Shown: positions 57,090 to 64,000 of the stretch, piece by piece
How the letters are laid out: every line of letters begins with the position of its first letter
Numbering within the stretch: the first letter of the stretch is position 1
DNA from: an uncultured Candidatus Saccharibacteria bacterium
Lineage (GTDB): Bacteria; Patescibacteriota; Minisyncoccia; Phycocordibacterales; PALSA-1337
Length of the DNA: 64,000 bases
Assembly (NCBI GenBank): GCA_964495685.1
Contig: CAZBVQ010000001.1
Coordinates: forward strand, 169,521-233,520
Reading direction: 5' to 3'
Position numbers and translations under genes: made by a program
The notes under the pieces: generated by a model
What the model was told of the DNA's origin: nothing
The model's database searches: none
The model's input: only the letters and a program-made list of their open reading frames with translations

Positions 57090-58004
57090 ATGTTCACCAT
57101 CCTGCTTTTCTATAAATACGTCGAAATCACCGACCCCCAAGCTCTGGCTGACACCCAGCGAGCTCTCTGTGAGCGACTCTCTCTCCGTGGGCGCATCATT
57201 GTGGCTCATGAAGGCATCAATGCTACACTCGAAGGTACCACCGAAATGATCACTGCATACTGTGCTGAGCTGACCGCTGATCCACGGTTCGCCGATGTGC
57301 ACCTCAAGAAGAGTGTCGGCACCGGCAAAGCATTCCCCAAGCTTTCTATCAAAGTCAGAAAAGAAATCGTCACCCTCGGACTTCCTGCAACGCGAGATAT
57401 CGATCCGCGTACCACCACAGGGAAGTACCTCAGTCCACAGCAGTTGCAGGAATGGTTCGCCGCCGGCAAAAAGTTCAAGATCGTCGATATGCGTAATGAC
57501 TATGAGCACAAGGTCGGGCACTTCAAGGGCTCCGTCCTGCCACCACTCCACAATTTCCGTGACTTGCCCAAGGCGCTTCCGACATTGGAGCCCCTCAAAC
57601 ATGAGACCGTCCTCACCGTCTGTACTGGTGGTGTGCGCTGTGAGAAGGCTTCTGGCTTCTTGGTCAAGAATGGCTTCACTGATGTCTACCAACTCGCTGG
57701 CGGTATCGTGAGCTACATGGAGCAGTTCGAACGCTCCGCCGACGGTAGTCGTCCTGCCCAGAATTTCCTCGGCTCGCTCTACGTCTTCGATGATCGGGTG
57801 ACTATGGCATATGCCTCACCAGTCGAGCGTCCCGTCATCGGGAGCTGTGCCGTCTGCGCCGCGCCTACCGAGACCTATATCAACTGCGCCCATGACGTCT
57901 GTCACAAACATTTCCTCGTCTGTGCCGGCTGCGAGCGAGAGGGGATGCTGTGCCCTGATGGCGATCATTCCAGCGTTGTCGGCTTGAATAAAGTGTCAAA
58001 ATAG
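57090..58004 (+). CDS. trhO: Rhodanese-domain tRNA U34 hydroxylase (TrhO/YceA family)
   Basis: LLFYKY, LRGRIIVAHEGINAT, DMRNDYE..VGHF, CTGGVRCEKAS, YVFDDR, C-terminal Cys cluster. Confidence 0.85.
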   Translation: MFTILLFYKYVEITDPQALADTQRALCERLSLRGRIIVAHEGINATLEGTTEMITAYCAELTADPRFADVHLKKSVGTGKAFPKLSIKVRKEIVTLGLPATRDIDPRTTTGKYLSPQQLQEWFAAGKKFKIVDMRNDYEHKVGHFKGSVLPPLHNFRDLPKALPTLEPLKHETVLTVCTGGVRCEKASGFLVKNGFTDVYQLAGGIVSYMEQFERSADGSRPAQNFLGSLYVFDDRVTMAYASPVERPVIGSCAVCAAPTETYINCAHDVCHKHFLVCAGCEREGMLCPDGDHSSVVGLNKVSK

Positions 58005-58128
58005 CGTATTTTGTATGGGTTCGTTACAAAACGCCCTAAACTTGCTCTGCTTCCCGTGCTTGCACTGCGAAGCTTGAGTGAAGCGAAAGCGTAGCAGCCC
58101 TCCTTCGCCAAGGCTACGGAGGATACAA

Positions 58129-58199
58129 TGCGGGATCGTCTAATGGTAGGACACAGCTCTCTGAAAGCTGGTATCTTGGTTCGAGTCCAAGTCCCGCAG
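58129..58199 (+). tRNA. tRNA-Gln(CUG)
   Basis: TGCGGGA/TCCCGCA, CAGCT-CT-CTG-AA-AGCTG. Confidence 0.92.
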
Positions 58200-58219
58200 C
58201 AATAATTAAAACCTATACA

Positions 58220-58912
58220 ATGCAACTATTTTTATCAGGTGGAGGAGATAGCGACAAATCATTTGAATACGATAAAAAATTTATCGAAGCAATTGATACA
58301 ACAAAACCAGTTTTATATATCCCCATCGCAATGCCGCAAGAGACCCATTCTTATGGAGACTGTCTGAAATGGGTTAAGAATAATTTCAAACCTTTTTCGT
58401 TCGATAATTTTGTCATGTGGACAGAGGAAGATTTGAAGATCAAGAAAATTGAAGATTTTAAACAATTTGGTGGGATTTATATTGGCGGCGGGAATACTTT
58501 TAAACTTCTAAAAGAACTAAAGGAATTTGGAACCGTAGAAATACTTATTGAATTGGCAAAACAAAATATTCCAATTTTTGGCGGAAGCGCCGGTGCAATC
58601 ATTTGGGGTAAAACAATATGCACGGCAATTGGTTATGACGACAATGAAGTCCGACTATCCGATTTCTCTGCTTTTAATAAGGTATTTGGTTATGAAATAT
58701 GGTGCCATTATTTAATTGAATCAGAAAAGAGCAAGGTCATCGAATACATGTCCAAATACAAACTTAAAAAAGTAATTGTGATGCCTGATGATGCAGGGAT
58801 AATTGTTAGGGAATCTTCAATTGAATTCGTTGGACCCGCAGCCTCGTGGATTTTTGATGAAGAGGGAGTAAGAGAAATAAAAGCTGGAAGTGTAATTAAT
58901 GTTGTTGCATAA
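58220..58912 (+). CDS. Peptidase S51 (dipeptidase E-like, class I GATase fold)
   Basis: LSGGG, YIPIA, IYIGGGNT, GGSAGA, CHY; AT-rich. Confidence 0.85.
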   Translation: MQLFLSGGGDSDKSFEYDKKFIEAIDTTKPVLYIPIAMPQETHSYGDCLKWVKNNFKPFSFDNFVMWTEEDLKIKKIEDFKQFGGIYIGGGNTFKLLKELKEFGTVEILIELAKQNIPIFGGSAGAIIWGKTICTAIGYDDNEVRLSDFSAFNKVFGYEIWCHYLIESEKSKVIEYMSKYKLKKVIVMPDDAGIIVRESSIEFVGPAASWIFDEEGVREIKAGSVINVVA

Positions 58913-59048
58913 AATGCAGACCGAGACACATCGTTTCAATATATAAAATTATGCTAGTGTACTTTTACAAGGTCTTACCCCATTTGGTTCTAGACCGAAG
59001 AACACAGCACGAGTCAACGTAGTATCGAGGCTTAGACCGGAGAGCCTC

Positions 59049-59082
59049 AAACAAAAATATCCCTTGAGGGATATTTTTGTTT
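59049..59082. terminator. Bidirectional terminator-like hairpin
   Basis: aaacaaaaatatccc-ttga-gggatatttttgttt between convergent genes. Confidence 0.7.
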
Positions 59083-59088
59083 CCCTCG

Positions 59089-60387
59089 TTAAGACTTAGA
59101 AAGACTTATTACTTTTTTTGTTAGGATCAGCTTACTTTTCAAGTTTGATAGAAGTTCACGTTTTTCTTCCGCTGTGCCCTCCGTGAGTACATGCTCCGCG
59201 TACTGTTTAGGATTATATTCGACTGCAATCTTTGGTTGTTTGATTCCATAGAATTGCTTTTGAAATCTCATCATTCGATCCTGTTCCTGATCAAACTTTC
59301 TTTTTATAAGTTTCTCGTCAATCTCGACTTTCTCAATTAAGGTGACTAGCTGTTTTATCAGCTCTTCCTCACGAACATATCCGCATTTGCAGCTAAGATC
59401 TTTTGATCTATTGCACCCATAGTATATGTAGTGAGCCTCGCCACCATTGGCAAGTTTCTTCCATTTCTCATCTGCCACCACTCCTGACCCGCACAATCCG
59501 CACGTCATGATTCTCGAGAAAGCGAACTCTTTCCGTTCATGGACGATATCTGACCGTTTTAGATGTTCTTGGACTTTCTCATATAGTTCACGAGTGATGA
59601 GTGGCTCATGTCGGCCTGTATACCAATTGCCACTCTTAGCTGGGTACTCGAATTGTCCGTAGAAAAACGGCGTTTGAAGCAATCGATAGATATTGCTCAG
59701 CGTCAGTGGTTTATTGCTTGTCGCGCTTCTAAAGTTTAGGTCGAACTTCAGCCAGTTGTATATTTTTCTGCCTGACCATTTTTCGTGCGCTACTTTCTCA
59801 AACATTCTCCTCATGACCGGTCCTCGTTCCGGATCGATGATCACGTATCCTTTTCGGTCAAGACGCTTCTCGTTTAGATATCCCGTAGGTGCAGGGGCTG
59901 GCCATAGACCCATCTCACAGCGAGTTCTAAGACCTCGCTTCACGTTTACGCTTTTGTTGTCATTTTCAAGCTTCGCCTGACTACATAGGATCATGAGAAG
60001 AAACTTATCGCTTGGCGAGTTTGTGAATTTTTGTCCGTACGTTTTTATCTCAATTAGTAGTTTCTGATCCATTAGGTCCACAAGGCTACCTAGATCGCCC
60101 GCATTTCTTGAAAGGCGGTCAGGATGCCATACCAGAATGCCGTTATATCTACCTGTCTGAATATCGGACAAAATCTCCTTGAATACAGGGCGCTGACCTG
60201 ATTCCTTGGCTGAGTGCGCTTCACGACGGATATCGATAATATCCATTCCATCACGCTCAGCGATCTGTAACATCTCTTTTACCTGTGAATCGATTGAAAG
60301 GGCTTGTTTTTCCTCCGCCTCGGTCGACTTGCGGGCATAGAGAACGTACTTCATTTTCACCGGTTCGATTTTTTGTTTGTTTTCCAT
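59089..60387 (-). CDS. Large serine recombinase (resolvase + recombinase + Zn ribbon)
   Basis: YARKST, SIDSQ, SAK..QRP, DRLSRN, APTGY, CGLCG...YYGC...C. Confidence 0.92.
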   Translation of the reverse strand: MENKQKIEPVKMKYVLYARKSTEAEEKQALSIDSQVKEMLQIAERDGMDIIDIRREAHSAKESGQRPVFKEILSDIQTGRYNGILVWHPDRLSRNAGDLGSLVDLMDQKLLIEIKTYGQKFTNSPSDKFLLMILCSQAKLENDNKSVNVKRGLRTRCEMGLWPAPAPTGYLNEKRLDRKGYVIIDPERGPVMRRMFEKVAHEKWSGRKIYNWLKFDLNFRSATSNKPLTLSNIYRLLQTPFFYGQFEYPAKSGNWYTGRHEPLITRELYEKVQEHLKRSDIVHERKEFAFSRIMTCGLCGSGVVADEKWKKLANGGEAHYIYYGCNRSKDLSCKCGYVREEELIKQLVTLIEKVEIDEKLIKRKFDQEQDRMMRFQKQFYGIKQPKIAVEYNPKQYAEHVLTEGTAEEKRELLSNLKSKLILTKKVISLSKS

Positions 60388-60492
60388 ATACCATCAAGGG
60401 ATGACGAATATTGCCGTGAAAGTCTAGACCTGTTTATGCTCTTTCAAATTGTCTAAATTTGTGGGATTATTCAGATATCTTTTGTAAAGATT

Positions 60493-61134
60493 ATGAATGA
60501 TATTTGGATATACATAAAAGATGTTCTACACAGTCTTAGTAAACTAGTAGAAAATCATCCGGCGCTATCGTCAGGATTTTTTACTATCCTTGGAGCAGTA
60601 TTGAGCATAATATTCGATTTGAAAAAGAAAGTAGAAACACAAACCACAAAAATAAAATCTCGGATTAAAACAAGAAATTTTACTTTTATATTCGGTAGCA
60701 ATAACAACGTATCCCAAGCATCTTCGCATGGAGAAATTGCGAGACAACAACCTGCGGTTGTTTCAGCCACGGATTACAACGGTCCCTTGTCGAATACTCA
60801 GCGTGAAATTTGTAGGAGAGTGAAGTCATTGTCAATTAAATATTCCTCGCAGATAGATATTGAAGCGTCTTTTGATGATTCAATAAGAACTCTAAATTCA
60901 AATGAGGTTAATTTGGCGGCGGGTAAGTTTGTTCAACTATTTAACATTGTTTCATCGGGTCTGACCGTTATAGCGCAAAGTAATAATGCTATTGATGAAT
61001 TAAATCAGCTTGTTACTTTGACGAACGGACTTCATGGTTTGATTGGAACTTCAACAGACCAAGATTCATTCAAGAGACAGATTTCAAGTTGCGAATCGAT
61101 GTTATGGAAACTGTTAGTCAAACTGCCCATATGA
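60493..61134 (+). CDS. Hypothetical protein (N-terminal TM, helical C-terminus)
   Basis: 213 aa, AT-rich; stop overlaps the next ATG (ATGA). Confidence 0.65.
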   Translation: MNDIWIYIKDVLHSLSKLVENHPALSSGFFTILGAVLSIIFDLKKKVETQTTKIKSRIKTRNFTFIFGSNNNVSQASSHGEIARQQPAVVSATDYNGPLSNTQREICRRVKSLSIKYSSQIDIEASFDDSIRTLNSNEVNLAAGKFVQLFNIVSSGLTVIAQSNNAIDELNQLVTLTNGLHGLIGTSTDQDSFKRQISSCESMLWKLLVKLPI

Positions 61135-64000
61135 ACCAACTTCAAATTCACAAAAAAATAGATGATTTTTTCCAAAGTGGTGTTACCAACGCCTCTATTT
61201 TGACTGCGCGTGAATTGATCAACCATAACGCTGATGCAAAGAGGTATTTCTTTTCAAAAGCGAATGAGACTTGGTTGAAATGGTTTATAGATAATGATCT
61301 TTTCACTGAACTTAAAAAGAAAGCCGATGACCCTACAACATATGGTTACCGCATAACCGAATTGGAGTATCTGACTCGCATGGCTGAAAAGGAGCCGAAG
61401 ATAGTTGCCGATATTATACTTTCAGTTCCTATCTCAAAAGAGACATTTAATCCTGAAGTAATCGATCGATTCTTTTGGGTTACTAGTTTGCTTCCTCTTG
61501 AGCAGATAAAAACCATATTACCGAAGATGCTTTCGGACGGATGGCTGCCGCTCATGTCTCACTTCGGCCGTTCGGGGTATGAGTATCAAAAAATGGTTGA
61601 GAAAGTATCTCAAGCAAAGGATTATGATGCCGCGCTTAGTCTTGCCCGAGTCATCCTAACTGTAAGACCGAAAACTGACTTCGAAAAGTCTGAGCGTTTC
61701 TCAATATCCGATAACTTCTTTTACCTTAGAGATATAAGTGAAACGGGTATATTTGAATTATTGGTTGCCGACGATAATTCAAAGAAAGAAGAATCTCTGA
61801 AGTTGCTGTTAGAGACTATTACCACGATTGTGGGTCTCGGCAAGGACCCTGAAGAAGCTGTTTTCGCGAAAGCGGAACCTTTTTATCTCCTTGACGTTGA
61901 TATCTTCACGTTGGAATTGGATACAGATAAACGCTCTCACATGAGGGAGGATATTCAGAACCTTGTTGCGACATACAAGATATTAATTCGACAAACTCTT
62001 GGTTCTCTCTGTGATAATGCTATCCAAGCAAAGAGGATTTACACATCATATGTAGCCACATTGCCAGATAGCCGTACCTGCTACAGGCTTAAATTATACG
62101 CCGCCACACGCTGTGTCGATGTATTTAAATTAGAAATTACGGAAGCCTTGTTCCGTGTGTTCAGTGTCGGTGAAAGGTATTTTGAGATTGAAGGTGGGGC
62201 CGAGTATCATCAGGCGCTCATTGCTTCGTTTGGATCCCTAGATCCAAAGACAACTCAACGTGAATACATAAAAAGTGTTATTGGATACTTTGGTGCCCAT
62301 CTCAATGATGCTGATAAGGAAAAATGGAGAAAGAGAGACGGTCGCGAGATCCTGTCGTATATAAAAGAATATATCCTACCCGAGGAGAAGGGCGCTGTCG
62401 AAAATATTTTTGGTACCCTGCTCGCTAGCGATAAAGTCAAACCTCGTCCGTCGGTTGGCGAGGTTGTGAGTGGAACGGTCAATCACAAGCCCCCTTTTAA
62501 TCCGGGCGATTTCAGTATTGCTGAATTGATTTCTCTCCTTAAGACCGACGCCACACCCAAAAAACTTGAGGAAAAGTATAGAGGCGATGATTTTCTAAAT
62601 CCTCGAGGTGCGGAAGGTCTGGCGGATGCTATAAAAACTGATTTCAAGAAACGCAGATCTGAATATTTTGCAAAACTCGATCAATTCTTTGATCGAGACG
62701 GTATTGATGCTAGCTATGTCTACTCTGTTCTCCAGCAAATCGATAACATGTTCAGGGAGAAGGAGGTGTTTACTGATGGTGAATGTATCCAGCTTATTAA
62801 CTTCTTTGATCTCATAAAGAAATCGGGAGAAAAAAAGGAATTCGAGCCAGCTGATGAAAAATCATATATCGCGGATTGGATTACCGTGCATAAAATGGTT
62901 GCGGACATTTTATTGGACATTCTTGCTGTGGTAAAAGATTCTAAAGTATTTAAGGAGAATCGAGACAAGATTTTAGGTATTATTAAATATCTACTCACAA
63001 TTAAATCTAGTCCTAACACAGATGATGATAAGCGTGAATCCAATGAACCTGCCTTAGTAGCTGTTAATTCGGTAAGAGGTCAAGCATATAGAGCATTTGT
63101 CCAGTTTACGTATAACGATGGTAATAATCAGTTATCTAAAGACGTGAAGGAGATATTTGTACAAGTACTTAATAACGACAAATCAAATGCAGTCAGGTTC
63201 ACGTTGGGTCAATTTCTATCTTCCTTTTACTATCGAGATATTATCTTCATAAAGGGACTGTTATCTAAAATCTTTCCGACTGATTTGGTAGGTGAAAAAC
63301 AGTACTTTGCGACATGGGAAGGATACCTCTCGGTATCTCTCTATAAAGAATTGTTTGTAGAACTTAAAGACTATTATCTCTATGCAGTTAAAATAGATCC
63401 AGAAAAATATCCTGAAAGAAAGTATCTGAAAGGACTTGATGAATCCTTGGCGACTCATTTGGCTCTTGCTTACATGCATTTTGATGACTTTAAAATTGAT
63501 GATCCACTTTTTGATTTATTCTGGAAGACACGTAATGAGACTAGGCACTTCGAGTTTATCTCTTTTATCGGAAGACACTGCATTAATCAAAGTCGGACAG
63601 AAGATTCTTGGTTTGAGGAAAATGGTGTTAGTAAAGAAAAGATAATTAATTTCTGGAATTGGATCATAACTACAGATATTTCAATAGAACCAAAAGCTTT
63701 TGCCGGATTTGGTTTTTGGATAAATCCTGATGTTGAAATTATTGAGGATAAAACGGTTATTAAGAATCTTCCTGCAACACTTAAAAAATCTGAGGGCGAT
63801 TTCGATTGGGATTATGGACTTACGAAGAGAATAACAAGATTTGCCGAATTGGATCCTAAATCAACGCTTGAAGTTATTAGGGCATTTCTACTGTTGAACG
63901 ATGAGCTTAGCCCACATAGGAGATCTCCAATGTTTAGTTTAGATAGAGAAATCAAGGATGCTCTTGAGATTATCTACAAGAATGCCTCGTTGAAGAATGG
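61131..64000 (+). CDS. Large all-helical hypothetical protein (>950 aa, runs off the window end)
   Basis: Not in the ORF track. Manual reading gives MNQLQIHKKIDDFF...RYFFSKANETWLKW...ELEYLTRMAEKEP...AVNSVRGQAY...LATHLALAY...LEIIYKNASLKN; the same frame is open at the start, middle and end where spot-checked. Confidence 0.8.
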   Translation, partial: MNQLQIHKKIDDFFQSGVTNASILTARELINHNADAKRYFFSKANETWLKWFIDNDLFTELKKKADDPTTYGYRITELEYLTRMAEKEPKIVADIILSVPISKETFNPEVIDRFFWVTSLLPLEQIKTILPKMLSDGWLPLMSHFGRSGYEYQKMVEKVSQAKDYDAALSLARVILTVRPKTDFEKSERFSISDNFFYLRDISETGIFELLVADDNSKKEESLKLLLETITTIVGLGKDPEEAVFAKAEPFYLLDVDIFTLELDTDKRSHMREDIQNLVATYKILIRQTLGSLCDNAIQAKRIYTSYVATLPDSRTCYRLKLYAATRCVDVFKLEITEALFRVFSVGERYFEIEGGAEYHQALIASFGSLDPKTTQREYIKSVIGYFGAHLNDADKEKWRKRDGREILSYIKEYILPEEKGAVENIFGTLLASDKVKPRPSVGEVVSGTVNHKPPFNPGDFSIAELISLLKTDATPKKLEEKYRGDDFLNPRGAEGLADAIKTDFKKRRSEYFAKLDQFFDRDGIDASYVYSVLQQIDNMFREKEVFTDGECIQLINFFDLIKKSGEKKEFEPADEKSYIADWITVHKMVADILLDILAVVKDSKVFKENRDKILGIIKYLLTIKSSPNTDDDKRESNEPALVAVNSVRGQAYRAFVQFTYNDGNNQLSKDVKEIFVQVLNNDKSNAVRFTLGQFLSSFYYRDIIFIKGLLSKIFPTDLVGEKQYFATWEGYLSVSLYKELFVELKDYYLYAVKIDPEKYPERKYLKGLDESLATHLALAYMHFDDFKIDDPLFDLFWKTRNETRHFEFISFIGRHCINQSRTEDSWFEENGVSKEKIINFWNWIITTDISIEPKAFAGFGFWINPDVEIIEDKTVIKNLPATLKKSEGDFDWDYGLTKRITRFAELDPKSTLEVIRAFLLLNDELSPHRRSPMFSLDREIKDALEIIYKNASLKN

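Larger units (their letters stand above)
58200..64000. mobile_element. Putative genomic island downstream of tRNA-Gln (right end not in window)
   Basis: Abrupt shift to AT-rich sequence right after the tRNA; serine recombinase; orphan genes. Confidence 0.55.

Noticed and set aside
58129-58199. attL/attR duplication of the tRNA-Gln 3' end
   Set aside because: No second copy within the window; the island boundary rests on composition only.

Overview
Chromosomal segment of a small-genome bacterium. The gene content (smpB/tmRNA, ftsH, recG, tyrS, ligA, gatCA, short RF2, ftsEX, pyrG, a complete comF-pilMNO-pilB-RR-pilT-pilC-pilin-pilD type IV pilus locus) and the gene style suggest Patescibacteria/CPR (Parcubacteria-like); this is an inference. 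TGA is used as a stop, so the code is standard. It holds 9 tRNAs plus tmRNA, including two anticodons that are rare in bacteria: Ile(UAU) and Ser(ACU). Main highlights: (1) several families of small palindromic elements, found both between genes and inserted in frame in recG (twice), comF, pyrG and gatA; one family has a conserved core closed by copy-specific ~20-25 bp outer stems. (2) A ~14 kb cell-surface locus (38-52.3 kb) that joins a WxL-like subunit/chaperone trio to a dockerin protein and two membrane-anchored cohesin-like proteins, plus a fibre-like adhesin with a glycosyltransferase and a methyltransferase. (3) Pervasive leaderless gene starts, with a -10 box 6-7 nt before the ATG. 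(4) Repeated loss of Cys metal-binding motifs in MutY, ComF, PilB and LigA. (5) An AT-rich island after tRNA-Gln with a large serine recombinase and a >950 aa helical, possibly defence-related ORF that runs off the end. All product calls come from motif recognition by eye; no database searches were run.
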